Positions 12,647-26,254 of a stretch of DNA of 64,000 bases are shown here, piece by piece (position 1 is the stretch's first letter; the number at the start of each line of letters is the position of its first letter). The notes under the pieces are model-generated. The model did not search any database, had not been told where the DNA came from, and saw only the letters and a list, made by a program, of their open reading frames with translations. Origin of the DNA: Marsupella aquatica. Lineage: Eukaryota; Plantae; Marchantiophyta. The position numbers were made by a program, and so were the translations under genes. The stretch covers positions 25,356,709-25,420,708 of the forward strand of contig OZ316894.1 of assembly GCA_973895155.1 (NCBI GenBank), in the 5' to 3' direction.

Positions 12647-15600
12647 TTACATAGTCTCCGGTTTGGCCCTAACATTAATTATATCCACACAATGACTAAA
12701 GCTATTGGTAGGTAAAATTTTGGTAAACATATCTGCTGCATTCTCCTCTGAAGCCACCTTCTCCAGAAACATCTGCTTCGTCTCAATTACCTCACGGATG
12801 AAGTGATAACAAATATCAATGTGCTTTGTCCTAGCGTGGAACACAGGGTCCTTAGCTAGATGCAAAGCACTTTGACTGTCACACAGCAGCACCGGTCTTT
12901 CAAGTAAAAGACCCAAATCACTCACCAATCTCCGTAGCTAGATCAGCTCCTTGGTTGCCTCGCAGGCAGCTATGTACTCAGTCTCAGTAGTAGACAACGC
13001 AACATAGGATTGAGTTGTCGACTTCCAGCTGATACAACCTTCACCCAGCATAAACACATAGCATGTAGTAGACTTCCTGTTATCCAAGTTACCAGCATAA
13101 TCTAAATCTATAAAACCTCCCAACTCTAATGTAGAGTCTGCTTTACCGTCAAATAGAATCCCACAATCTAAGGTACATTTCAGATATCGCAAAACCCACT
13201 TCATTGCTTCCCAATGAAGTTTACCAGGGTTTGCCATAAATCTACTCAAAATGCTAACGGCGTGGGCAATGTCAGGTCTAGTGCATGTCATTGCATACAT
13301 CAAACTACCCACAACACTATCATAGGGAACCTGTTTTATCGCCAGTCTATCACTCTCACTAGAAGGGCAATCATTCTTTGAGAGGTTAAAGTGGGAAGCC
13401 AATGGAGTACCAACTGGTTTTGCATTCTCCATCCCATACTTGGCAAGTACTTTCTCTAAATACTACCTCTGAGACAACCATAATTGCCTCTGCTCCCTAT
13501 CACGATGAATCTCCATCCCTAGAATCTTCTTGGCCTGACCCAAGTCCTTCATTGAAAACTCCTTACTCAACATTGCTTTCAGATGGGCAACATCAGACTT
13601 ATTCTCAGCCAGGATCAGGATGTCATCCACGTACAGTGCCAGCACAATGTAACCAAAGCGTGAGTAATTCTCCACCTCCTTCATGTAAATACAACAATCA
13701 TGTTCACTCCACGTGAACCCCTGTGATAACATGAAGGAATCAAAACGCTTATTCCATTGTCTGGGACTTTGCTTCAATCCGTATAATGAGCGCAAGAGCT
13801 GACACACCAAGTGTCTGGTCTTCTCGTCAATAAAACCTGGAGGCTGAGCCATATAAATCTCCACATCAAGCAATCCATGCAGGAAAGCAGTAATTACATC
13901 CATTTGATCTAACTCAAGATCATAGAATGCCACAATTGCAAGTAAAACACGGATAGTAGTGAGTTTGACAACTGGTGAGAAAATCTCTGTGTGTCCAAGC
14001 CCTCCTTCTGGGTGTACCCTTTGGCCACAAGGCATGCCTTGTAAGTGCCATCCTGCTTCTTCTTGTACAACCATCTACACGGAACCAGTGTCTTCCCGCG
14101 AGGCATGTCCACTAAGCGCCAAGTTGAATTCTTCTTCAAAGAATTCATCTCCTTCAACATTGCCTCCATCCACTTATCCTTCTTTGGAGAGGCCATAGCT
14201 TCTTCATAGCTAGAGGGGTCTCCATCTTCAATGAGCAATATAACATCGGGATCATCGTCGTGCTCAACAACATGAACACGAGGATCTGCAAAACCAAATC
14301 TATCAGGGGGTTGGCCAAGATTGGCCCTAGTGGATCGCCTCAATTGAGGGATTGCACCTCTACCAGAGGGACCAACAGCTTCCTCAACACCATCAAGCTC
14401 CACCGTAGTGGGGTCCTCCACCTGCTCCTCTTGATCATCCCGGGTTCTTGACAACCATTCTTCATCAAAAACAACATTTCTGCTCACAACTGTCTTGCAA
14501 TTGACAGGATCCCACAATTTGTAGCCCTTCTGCCCCGGACTAAAGCCTAGAAAAATACATTTCTTAGACTTGGGATCCAACTTAGACCTGTGTGTCTGCT
14601 CAATGTGAATATAGGCAGCACACCCAAAAACTCGGAGTCTAGAGTAATCAGCAGGTCTCTTATACCACAACTCAAATGGAGTCTGCATCAACTTACTACT
14701 GTGCGGTGACAGGTTGTAAACGTATGCAGCTTGGTTGACAGCTTCAGCCCAAAAATTATTGGGCAACTTGGACCTACATAGCATGCTATGTGCTTTCTCT
14801 AGTAATGTCCGATTCAACCATTCTGCCACAGACTCCATTCTACTACGGGGTCTCTGATACAGTGTAATGATGCTTGAGGCCAAGGTCCCGACCAAATTGG
14901 TCAAACTCATTGGACTTATACTCGCCACTGTTATCTGACCGAACACACTTCAACTCCTTCCCAGTTTGTAGCTCCACCACGACTTTCCACTCCTTGAAGA
15001 TCTCAAATACTTGAGACTTCTCCTTCATGTAGTACAGCCAACACATTCGAGAGTAATCATTTACAAAAGTCATAAAATATCTGGCTCCACCCAACGATGG
15101 CTCCGGCGCTGGACCCCAAACATCTGAATGTACGTACTCAAGAATCTCATGAGAATGGTAGGAACTAGAACTGAAACTCACTCTCCTCTGCTTGCCATAG
15201 ATGCAATCTTCACAGAAAAAAAGTTTTCCAGATTGTGCGTCTTGCAACAAATCTCTGTTTGCCAAGGCTGCCAATCCTTTACCACTCAAGTGCCCCAAAC
15301 GTGCATGCCATAAATCTATGGTTCGTGTGCGACCAGATGTTGATGGTGCTTCAATTGAAGCAACCAACAATGCCACTGCATCCAAATGTTCCACCACAGA
15401 ATCCACATGCTCCACTCTAGGAGCAATCACATCTCCTTGCAAGATGTACAAATTATTCTGCCGTAGCGCCTTAATCAAAGTTACCTCACCTTTGACAACA
15501 AAGAGCGCACCATCACGTGCAGTGAAATGATATCCACCAGTTTCCAAAGCACCAAGAAAAATCAAGTTCTTAGAGATGTCTGGTATGTGCCCGACTTCTG

Positions 15601-16651
15601 TCAATGCTCGCACAACACCATCAAACATCTAGAATTTGATAGTCCCCATGCCAACGATCTCACATCGGACCCCATTGCCGATTTCCACGCTACCAGTACA
15701 CGGTCGGTAACTAGAGAAGTAAGATCGCGTTGGACACACGTGATAAGAGGAACCCGAATCCAACATCCATTTATTGTCATACACAAAATTAATAGCACCA
15801 ATACATAGCACTTCAACACCATTCTCATGATCAACAATCACTATGTCAGCTGAAGATGAAGACGCACCATCAGAAGTAGGACGCTTCTGCCTGGTCAAAG
15901 AAGGGCAAGACCACTTGGTGTGGCCCTTCTCATGGCAATGCCAATACTGAACCTTCTTACTATGGGACTTAGATTTAGATCTGTTCTGAGATCTAGATCT
16001 AGATTGATCCGCAGTACGCTCAATTGATCTACCTCTAACCATTAAGGCAGCAGACTCATCATCACGGGAAGATAGATGTCGCTTTCTCCATTCTGTAAGA
16101 ATAGTAGCCTTCACCGTATCTAGCTTCAACGTAGGCTTGTCATGCGTGATAACCATTACCAATGTTGAAAAGCTCTTTGGAAGCGACATCAACAAATGCA
16201 TTGCAAGGTACTCATCGGTCAACTTATCTCCTGTCGTTGTCACCTCGTGCACAATCTCATCAAAGAGACTAAGATGATCACGCATGTTTCCACCATCCTG
16301 CAACTTCAACCTGAATAGCCACTCCAACTGGTAAATGCAAGTAGTCAATGAAGTACTTTGGTATAGCTGAGTACTAAGCGTATCCCAAATCTTCTTGGCG
16401 TTGCGATCCATCCCCAACACGTTCTTGAGAATGTTGTTTGCCAAGAACAACTCAATTGTACTACACGCCTGCACCGACATGTCTTCCCACTCCTCATTTG
16501 TAAGAGTCGAGGGCTTCACTCCAGTGATGGTCTTCTCAAGACCCTGCTGGATCAACACGTTGGTCACCTACCAAGTCTAGAGGCTAAAGCTGACCTTCCC
16601 ATCAAACTTTTCCACCTCAAACTTCGGCGCCGCAAGCTTTCTTGAAGTCAT
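12647..16651 (-). pseudogene. Copia gag-pol with stops and frameshifts
   Basis: FEVEKFDG gag start, decayed Zn knuckle (YWHCHEKGHTKWSC), protease WMLDSGSSYHV, LWHARLGH/CEDC, integrase HSDVWGP and RSDNSGEY, GYKLWD, RT YVDD, RNase H CDSQSA..ADMFTK. Split over at least 6 ORFs. Confidence 0.95.
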
Positions 16652-17071
16652 TGATGTTGACACAAACACACAGGAAACACAAGTACCGAAATACCTCTAC
16701 ACACAATCACCAAAAAATGAAAGTTGGCAAAAGTGGAACTGTAATGCACCACCGCGTAGCCTGCAAGGTACACTACCAATATCTGAAAACGATTTGGCAA
16801 AAAATTGCTCCTGAAAAAAGTTATCCAGAAAAAAGTTTTTTTCCCCACCTCCTCAAAGCACCCGCGGAACGGTGTTCCGTGGGTCCCTGTTTTTCCCACC
16901 GCAAAGTTGTCACCGAATGGTGTTCCGTGGGAGACTATCTCACCACCACTGAGCTGCGACGGAACAGTGTTCCGTGGGTGAAATTTCTCACCACCACTTA
17001 GAACAAGCGCTAAACATGGCATGATTTTTGGACAAAATCACTGTTCACTTGTCATTTTCTATTTGCCCTAA

Positions 17072-17130
17072 AACCCCAATTTAAGGAATACTGAAGTATT
17101 AGATTAATTCCAATTTTATCTAAATATTAT
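17072..17130 (+). repeat. Left terminal inverted repeat
   Basis: AACCCCAATTTAAGGAATACTGAA...CTAAATATTAT versus the reverse complement of the right end, AACCCCAATTTAAGGAAAACCGAA...CTAAATATTAT. Confidence 0.85.
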
Positions 17131-17292
17131 AAGTTAATGAATGATCAACCTCTTTAACATTTGGTGGGATAGTCAAAAACTTCAAATGTTTTGTTGCAAG
17201 ATCTTTATAACAATGCATCACTAAATGATATCAAGTACCTCTTGATCCATGCACAAATCCTTAATTAAACTGTCATTCATTGTTTCAATTGT

Positions 17293-17815
17293 CTATTTAA
17301 TTACTATAGGGTTGAATACAAAAAAGATTGACCACCCTTTACAACAATTAATAGGATTGTTGTATATTACAATGTCTACTGGACATTCATTTGAATGTCA
17401 ATAATATCATGCCTTAATATCACCAAACTAAGGCCCCACTGTCTAACTAATATTATATCTTAAATAAACTAACCAACTAACTAACTTGACTATTTAATTA
17501 CTATAGGGTTGAATACAAAAAAAGATTGACACGCACCAGGGTGCGTGACCTACAATCATAGTATCACCCTTTAATTAGTTAGTTTCTATTGCTTTGACTC
17601 AATCAGGCATGGAACCATATAAAATCAGAAATCATTGAAAGTTGAGTTCACTTGAAGGTGTAACTATAATTATTATTTATTAATAGGATTGTTGTATATT
17701 ACAATGTCTACTGGACATTCATTTGAATGTCAATAATATCATGCCTTAATATCACCAAACTAAGGCCCCACTAACTAATATTATATCTTAAATAAACTAA
17801 CCAACTAACTAACTT
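17293..17815. repeat. Subterminal direct repeats in the left arm of the giant transposon
   Basis: A ~135-bp block (TTAATAGGATTGTTG...AACTAACTT) at ~17348 and ~17680, and a ~40-bp block (CTATTTAATTACTATAGGGTTGAATAC) at ~17293 and ~17490. Confidence 0.8.
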
Positions 17816-17909
17816 AGACGATAAGACTTGTCTAAACTTGAGTTCTCTGGCTACTACTATTCTGAGTTGCCTTTTAAACTGTATGCTAAACTACATGCTT
17901 CATTATTGT

Positions 17910-20900
17910 CTAGGATTTGTCACTTGCTATGCATGTCAAGAGATAGTCTCTTGCCTTGACAACAACATTTTTTGGAATTCCTACCAGCCCTGTCACTGGT
18001 CCTTTGCGTGCTTTGAAACACCACAAGGCAGAGGAAACATCTATTGTCTCAGCTTCCTTGTATATTGGAGTTGGATCACGTTCCCATTTCTTATCCCAAG
18101 AATCTGCCCACCGCTCTCTTGGTTGCCAGTCTGATTGACCACGTTGCTTCTTTGCCATAAATGGTCTAAACCACTCAACGCCACATACATGAGTAAGAAG
18201 GTTTTGTTCATTCACTGGTCCTTCTACCACATCTGTAACAACTAACCCCATATGGACGGGATAAACATCCAGGTCTGAGTCGTCCGGCCGTACCAACACA
18301 TAACAGCCCTTCACAACATCAACCCTAGGGTTAAAACTCTCAGGAGGTTTATCTTTTGCTGGTCCCACATAATCCACTATTGCCTCCAACTCACATGCCA
18401 CATTTCGATATTCTGGTGGAACGTGCTCTCTCCATATTGATAAAGGCCAAAACCCGTATTCCAAGTTGTGTGCACCTTCAGGTTCATATTGCACCTGCTC
18501 ACCCTGTAGAGTATCTACAATGTCATTCCAATAATTGATGAGAGTTGTCCAACGTCGCTTTGGTTCTTCCTCTTTTGTTCGCTTTAGAATAAACTCAAAG
18601 AATGACACATGCTTCTTTTCAACCCTGTCAGCACTTCAGGAAGCATTTTCAACTCCATCATTGGTAGCCGTTTGGGCACCCCAATTGGGATGTGAGGACT
18701 TTTGTCATCTTTCCATGACCACATTTCAATACCTTCCTTGGGTAACCATCCCTGATCAGTTGACTTCATTTTGTATTGGAAGCATGGCATACTATCATGA
18801 CGAACATAGAACCTAAACAGCCTGGGTTTTAAATGCCCCACCAATGCCTCAGGGCCCTTCAACATGAATGAAGCTAAGTAGTTTTTGAAATCTGGGACCT
18901 CTTGTAGAAAATGTGGGACTGCATTGGGTGTCCTTGCTCTCATGAACAAGGACATTAACTCAGGCAATGAGTATGTGGGGTTATGCATCATAGACTCTAA
19001 AAAATGCCCGAACATACCGTCAACATCCTCATGAGTATGCCCAACCACCATAAAACCAAGATGAACCTCTTCAAACACCTCCCTTGCCGTCAACAATGAC
19101 AAATAAGCCATCATATATCTGTTCTTGTTGTCTGAGGCACAATTATCCAGTTGTAGCTTCAATACTCGTGGAAGGGGCCTGAACTTTGGTGCCTCAGGTG
19201 CTGCATCACAATGTAACAATCTCAGAATGCTTTTAAATAAAACCCTAGTCAGACTCTAAACCCCAATTTAGGGTTTAAACCCTATTAATGAAACCTTGGC
19301 TAGGAGGAGCAACAACTACACAAAGTAGAGTGTCAGTGTGTGTGAGCTTATATTATTAAATAATAATAAATTAAAGGATTGTGAGTAAAGTATCTAGGCT
19401 TGAGATGTAGGCAATGTCATCCTCAAATGCTCTAAGGACACTTGCCTCCAAGATATCTGCTCTCCCAAAAAGGAGGTCTTTAAAAAGACTTGTCGAGTCT
19501 GGCCCCTCCACAAGTGATTTGATCATTGGATTTGGGTTTTCCAACATCCTTAGTATTGAATCAATTGACCCAATAGTGATGTTGACATCACCTGGCCACA
19601 CTCCAACATGATATTGGGCTATGGCCTTGGGACCATGACCATGAGTAAGGATACCAATGACAGTAATTGGGAACTTTTGGGCACCATCCACATGCTTAGG
19701 ATTGAAGGGCATTCTTGGGAGAGCTGTCTTTGAATGATCCATCTTATCATGAATAAGGCATAACACTTCCTTTGGACGATGGATGGACTCATATCTCCAG
19801 GTATGATAGCACATTCTTTGCTGTGTGTGGTCTTGGTGATGTTCCTCCTCGTCACGCTTTAGGCCCTCTAACTCTTCCTTAGCTCCTGTAAGGTTTGCTT
19901 TCCGTTGAAGCAACTCACTACAAGTTGTACACTTTGAAAAGTTGTTGCCCTTTTTGTGACGTGAGAACTCCCTGAAATACATCTGATGTAGATGACTCAA
20001 GGTGGGTTGGGAAATTGGAGGAAGACCAGCCTCCTGGTTGACAACATTAACCCTGTTTCTAATATTCTCCCAAGTAAGATTTGTTGGCAATTCCCTCAAA
20101 ACCATCCTTGTATTATTTGCCATGGTTCTCAACTTGGCTGGATGATGATCAGCTGCCTCCTCAATAATCTCTTTCATTGACATGAACGCTTGAGATACTT
20201 TCTCGGACATACGCCTTTTTCCAGCATTACCATGGGTACCTATGTTCATTCCAGCCATCACAGTCTTCTTCAAGGCATAAAATTGAGTCTTTCCTCTTGA
20301 ATGAATGATTCTCCATGCCTCCAAGCACACTTTGCCCTCCACTGCTATAATCCTTTCTCGAGTACCCAAGTGTATTGTATTTTTAATAGCCTTGATTTCC
20401 TCCTCCTTGCGCTCCGCAAAAGATTTTGACCACCACTTTTGCCTAATTGCCATAGCCAAGTTGCGGTCCAAATATTGGCAACAATGTTCACTACAACAGT
20501 CCTTAGTGTTTATCAACAACACATCTTGACGTGCCAAAGATGTGTCTCTTCTAGATGTCTGGGAAGATGGACTCTTTCTTTTCCTACTTTTATGGACGTA
20601 GGACCGCTTGCCACTTGTTGGAGATGTGTTCCCTCCCACAGCTTGCCTGATGTTGTGGAAAGACAACAAGTTGCCATCCTTGGCAATGAGTTGGTCCATT
20701 GACCAAGCTTTTAAGCAATCTCTATGCTTCAGATGATCTATGATAGCTCCCTCGACAAAATCGTTGATCAGAATTTCCACATGTGTATTCCCAAGGGTGA
20801 CATCCCCAAGCTTGACTATAGGATCTAGAACATGTATAGTTGCCACTGCAAAAATCAACTTGTTCTCATCCACCACCTTTACAGGCATGCCCATCCACAA

Positions 20901-21278
20901 GGCCTTTGGTAAAACTACTTCCACACCAGACCGACTCTCATTATGGTTGTTCCCATCAGAATTTTGATTGACTGGATCTTGATCATCACCAACAGTGCCA
21001 AACACATCCTCCGATTCCATGGGAGCTCAAAAAAGCTGATTCCTTTCCCATACAAGGTAACCCCCAATCATGTCCTTCAAAAGTTTGCCATCTTCGCATA
21101 GAATGGTCTCGTCAAAAACTTCCTCCAATAGAAGAAGAACTCTGTCCGCCCCAAGAGGAACATTGTGACAAACCCTGGAAGGATCAAGACTTATCACGCG
21201 ACCTTTTCCAACCTGTTTCTCACGTATGCCTATAATAACTTGTCCGCCTTCCCTGATCCAGACTGTAGATGTCACCAT
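17910..21278 (-). pseudogene. Sola-like (DUF7869-type) DDD transposase, spliced, with one in-frame stop and one frameshift
   Basis: CCxxxCC, CLEAW, FSKCTTC, LIHDKMDHSK, LQLDNCASDNKN and FMVVGHTHEDVDGMFG motifs. In-frame TGA at 21027-21029, intron(s) at ~19200-19395, frameshift near 18600. Confidence 0.8.
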
Positions 21279-21339
21279 AATAATTATGATCCTGCACATC
21301 AGAGAATATCACTATAAGCGTACAGTCTTGTCACGTCCA

Positions 21340-22145
21340 TCAATTTCACTGCACTGTCCTGTCACGTCGGTCAATAAGCATAATGTAGTCAATGCACTAC
21401 GCTACACGCGACTGGTCGCGTGACCCTAGAGGTACCACACATACCGGCAACAGACTATGCATGGTCCGTCAGTCATTTCAAATGAATGAGAATGACCACA
21501 ATCGATTACGATCAATCATTTCACATCCACTCAGAACAAATGAGTGGACAGTTAGTAACTACTGAGGACAGTAATGCTAATAAGCGCCAGTAAAACGTCC
21601 GTGAACTGCATTGTCCTGTCACGACCGTCAATAAGTAGGCAGAATGTAGTCAATGCACTGCCCTGCACGCGACTAGTCGCGTGACCTTAGTCAGAGGGTG
21701 TAGGGATAACAGGGTCTACGACGTAGAAGCTAGAAGGCTAGGCCCAAACTCTAGCTCGTACTTGGTACTTCATAAGTAAGATAAGATTGCGCGTGAGACA
21801 GGAAGATACAATTACGGATCTAAAGGCATGTCACGTGACCTTAGTCAGAGGGTGTAGGGATAACAGGGTCTACGACGTAGAAGCTAGAAGGCTAGGCCCA
21901 AACTCTAGCTCGTACTTGGTACTTCATAAGTAAGATACGATTGCGCGTGAGACAAGAAGATACAATTACGGATCTAAAGGCATCACACATACCGGTAACA
22001 TATTATGCATGGTCCGTCAGTCATTTCAAGTGAATGAGAACGACTACAATCGATTACGAACAATCATTTCAACTTCACTCAGAAAAAATGAGTGGACAGT
22101 ACCAGTTTACCAATGAGTGGACACCGGACAGTCAGTAACTACTGA
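21340..22145. repeat. Interleaved direct repeats upstream of the transposase
   Basis: 154-bp tandem duplication (starts at 21681 and 21835), and a ~130-bp block at ~21437 repeated at ~21985. Contains ACGCG-N6-CGCGT palindromes at 21406 and 21667. Confidence 0.8.
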
Positions 22146-22460
22146 CCCTCATAAGAAATCTCAGTACTTCACTAGCAATCAGTATTCCCGGGGCGGTCGC
22201 CAAACGTGAAATTAAAGCCATAATTAGAGGACAACTGAACTTCCCGCCAATTCTAATACGTGCCAGTCAAACGCGCACTCTCTTCTAGAAACCACTATGT
22301 ACAATGACTAGTGGAGACTAAACAGTATAAAGCATTGAGATGATCCCTACTACTCATTCCCCCACGCATTCCACTTTTTGGCTACTGGATAATCTATTCG
22401 CACATCAGCTCTCTCATTTCCAATTCTTAGTCTTGGTCCGCATCTCTTGTTTGAAGGGCG

Positions 22461-23003
22461 ATGACTACTCCACTGAGCTCAAAGAATGAGGATGTTCCGA
22501 CGGACGTTTCAGAAGGTTCGACGTATCGAATTCGTGGTACTCCTTACAGAATGTGTCAGCGATGTAATATAATGTTTACGGTGACTAAATCGGGTCAAAT
22601 GTTTTGTGAGAGACGACATTGTTCGCCACATTTGTTGATGGAAGATCAGATGGAGACAAATCTGACAGAGATGACTACAAAGATGGCATCAGGGGAGAAG
22701 TTAAAGGGCAAAGCCCTCGTGGAATCCATTTTGAGGGGGGAGAAGTTGAAGGCCAGAGCATGCGACGAATCCATTTCGGGAGAAGCAGCAGCAGACGCTA
22801 AGATAGTCAAGAAGGAGGCCAAGAAAGTGGATGCACCGAAGAAAAGGCAATTAGAGATGAACGAAGATTTTGATTTGTATTACAGAAAGAGCAAGTCGAG
22901 AAAATCTATGGACGTTAGGACTTGGGCAAAGGAAGAATTTCTGGATTCAAGGGAATCCACACCAGACACCGATGAGTGGATGCCTTCATCTTGGAATGAC
23001 TGA
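22461..23003 (+). CDS. Transposon cargo ORF, 180 aa, with a possible Zn-binding CxxC..CxxxHC motif and charged C-terminus
   Basis: Open ORF containing CQRC..FCERRHC; TATA-like GTATAAAG ~135 bp upstream. Confidence 0.45.
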   Translation: MTTPLSSKNEDVPTDVSEGSTYRIRGTPYRMCQRCNIMFTVTKSGQMFCERRHCSPHLLMEDQMETNLTEMTTKMASGEKLKGKALVESILRGEKLKARACDESISGEAAADAKIVKKEAKKVDAPKKRQLEMNEDFDLYYRKSKSRKSMDVRTWAKEEFLDSRESTPDTDEWMPSSWND

Positions 23004-23250
23004 CTCGATTGAAGTCAACAATATTTTGAGTAGTCGAAGATTAGAACTATAGATTCAAGAGTAGTTCAAGTTAGAACTTGTTATAGATACTGTGTAGCTT
23101 AATTTTGCCCCGTGGAAAATAGTGTTCGAAAGACCAGGTCAGTTAAATTCCTGGATCGTGCTAGTGGATATGGATTCCACATCCAAAGTCCTTCGGGATC
23201 GATGTAACCATTTTTTCAATCAAGGAAAAATCGAGATTCCTCTGACTGAC

Positions 23251-23705
23251 AATTCGCTAGGCTGTCGACTACAATAAACAATATCAAAAGACACGAGATA
23301 AATTGGTTCACGCGACTGTGCGCGTGACGAACTACATGTGTAACCAAAAAACAGGTCATCCTACTAACAAGTTGAGATCAAGAAGATCTGAGAAATAAAG
23401 GGTGATTATGTCTAAGAGTGCAGAGCTTTCGCTAACCTCTAAAATATTAACGTGACCGTGCGCGTGATGAAATAAAGACGTTAGTTTTAAAATAGATTGC
23501 TGGCCAATTCGCTAGGCTGTCGACTACAATAAACAATATCAAAAGACACGAGATAAATTGGTTCACGCGACTGTGCGCGTGACGAACTACATGTGTAACC
23601 AAAAAATCAGGTCATCCTACTAACAAGTTGAGATCAGTCTGATCTGAAAAATGGACCTCGATTACGTTTCGTTTTGCTAGGCCGTCGACTACAATAAACA
23701 ATAGC
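23251..23705. repeat. Direct repeats with 255-bp period
   Basis: AATTCGCTAGGCTGTCGACTACAATAAAC block at 23251 and 23506, partial at ~23677. Palindromic motif copies at 23310, 23450 and 23565. Confidence 0.8.
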
Positions 23706-25034
23706 AAAACGTACAGACAACTATACTTGAACGCCATACAATTTTAGACTAGAGAATTCATTCGGATCCTCTACTAGTACTTCTGATACATTGCTTCTGT
23801 ATTGGACTTGAAACACAGATTGATCAAAATTGGAGTGAGAAATTGGACCATAACTTCATTGACTCAATTCATGCATTGAATGCGTGATTTAAGGCAACTA
23901 CTCTCCTCATTTATTGCGGAATTAATGTTGATTGATACTTACAAGTTATTCAGTTGCGTGTGGTCTCAGCAATGTTGGTGGCAACCCTCCGATGTTGGCG
24001 GAAACCCTCCTCCCAGCCAAGCCTCTTCCTTCCAGCGTAGCCTCCTCGTCCCAGCCAACTAAGCCTCCTCCTTTGAACTCCAATTTCCTTGAGTATCGTG
24101 ACCGAATCGCACCACCAGAGAATGATAACTTGTTGATCGTATCAAGATCAAAATCCTTGACCAGACAGTGATTTCAGAATAGCCGCTCTTTGTTGGTCCG
24201 CTAGAATGCTTCGATGAATGAGGCAGACTATGGAGGTTCTAAATGTTTGTTGTCTCGCTTCGTCGCAACTCTCCCGCTTGATCGGATGTGCTCTCCCCAA
24301 GATTGAAGGTGATACAACAAGAACTGCGCCAGCGTTGCTTGAATGAGCTCTGCCTCCGACTGGAATAGTCGAATGATCCAATTTGCTCCACCTCAAATGT
24401 GCCTTGGATCAGCCTCCGCTGAGAGCCCAGCTAGTATCCTGGTCAGGAGAAATTGAAAATGAAGAATGATCCGTGAGCAATGAGATCAGTCTATTGACTC
24501 CATGAAGGATGTGTTCATCTGGACTCGATTTTGATTTTGAAAATTGGTTGAGTCTCCAGTCGTGAGAATTATTGTACAGGATTGATTTTGAATATCGGTT
24601 CTCCCCGACCGTGAGAATCATTTTACGTTGTTTAGAGTATGGGTTTGAATTGGCAAGATAGAGAGTGGAGTACGGATCCGGATCCGACGGTCTCCACTAC
24701 CAAAATGGAATGATTTTGAAGTTCGCCTCCACTATGTGATGGAACGATCATGAGAAAGTTGTCGTTCGTTCACATTTTGGATTTGAATTGGCAGATATAG
24801 TGAAGATACGGATCCGGATCCGGATCCGGGGGTCCCCACTAACAATCTTTTGCAGTTGCATAATTACCGATTTAAATTTCAAATTGGCGATCAAATAGAA
24901 ATCTCCTTTAGTACGGCAAATCAAAAGGAATCCGGTAATCTTTTTTTCACGATTGCATAGTTTGTTGAGTCGATGGTGGAGTGTACGGAGATCATCTGGA
25001 ACCTTCCTGTCGCTAGGCTGTTATTAGGGTTATG

Positions 25035-25774
25035 CTAAAACAATACCCTAATTAGTCCTTCCTTAGTGTCGGCGCCCACGGTCTCGAGTTCACTGTTCAT
25101 TGTTGTTGTTTCTCGCTCCCTAGACTTTCGAGCGCCTACTCTCATCGCTCTCACTCCCGCTCTCGTCACTCTCGCTCTCGCTCCTGCCCTGGATTTCATT
25201 TTTGTCGTTGCAGCTTGTTCGTTGTGGTCAGGTGCTTGTCGGCGCGTTGCAGCTCTTAGTAGTTGTCGATCATTTCGACCAGGAGCTCGTTGGCGCATTG
25301 TAGCTCGCATTTATAGCTCGTATTCACTTCTAGTTTGCTCGAAGGGATTCTTAGGAGCCCGTTGAGTTCGTTGCAGCTAGTTTTTTGGGAGTGCTCGTAT
25401 CAGCTCGTGTCAGCCAATTTTAAGCTCATATCAGCTCGATCAACGTGTTTTAGCAGCTCGAACTACTTTTTGGCAACTTGTTTCAGCTCCTTCCATTCAG
25501 CATTCAGGTTTGTTTCACCTCTTTGAATCTTCAGGTTTAGTGTGCTTTTATTCATGCTCAGTTTGCCTATCCACAACGTTGATTGTACTTCTGAACGAGT
25601 CTTTTTAACTTGACATAATGAGTTCCTTAGCATTAAGCACATGTTATTCAATTGGTGGCAGCGAAGCTCTATGTATAGAAGTATAGAAGCTGTGTTGTTG
25701 TTGCTTAGCATATTAATATCTTCAATCTTATATTTACTTTGCCGCAGCAAGGTCTTCAAGTGCTTGGACATCAA
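25035..25774 (-). pseudogene. Possible decayed coiled-coil cargo gene
   Basis: The frame of ORF 25463-25774 continues through several stops with E/K/R/L-rich helical composition. No recognisable domain. Confidence 0.25.
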
Positions 25775-26254
25775 TCTCTTAGACGATTACATCAATTTTT
25801 CATAATTCAGGTGCAATTTCTACATTTTCTGCTGGTGTTGATTGTTATTTGCTAAAATTTCTCTTGATTGTTAAGCTGAGTTTTCATAATGCGGTTTATT
25901 TGTAACTCAAATATGTGTGAATCATACAAACTCATTACAAACTCATTACAAACTTGCACGCTGTGAATTTAATCATATAAACTCTCATGTTATGTGAATC
26001 TCATTACACTGAATCCTTTAATTGACGAATACAACCAGTAGACTGCTAAATTGAATCATCTTAGCTGAATCATTCTCTAAACTTTGATATATAATAGTTT
26101 CACAATGACAGAGCTCAAACATCTGAATTATTGTAAAGTTCATGAATGAATACAAATGAATGAAATCATGCTTACTCGGATTTTCTTGTCCGTACGGGTC
26201 AGTAATCATAGTTGTATCACTGTATTATCCTAGTGTCCAAAAGTTGTTTGAGCT

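Noticed and set aside
16771-16790. CACTA terminus (CACTACCAAT) as the left end of the big insertion
   Set aside because: There is no matching inverted end with a 3-bp TSD. The AACCCC TIRs with the CTAA TSD explain the insertion better.
16997-17005. ACTTAGAAC near 17000 as an alternative left TIR
   Set aside because: Only a 9-bp match, versus 17 bp perfect plus extended similarity and a 4-bp TSD at 17072.
19241-19285. Internal copy of the TIR (AAACCCCAATTTAGGG) in the transposase intron
   Set aside because: A short match embedded in generic AAACCCT-type sequence, with no evidence that it acts as an element end.
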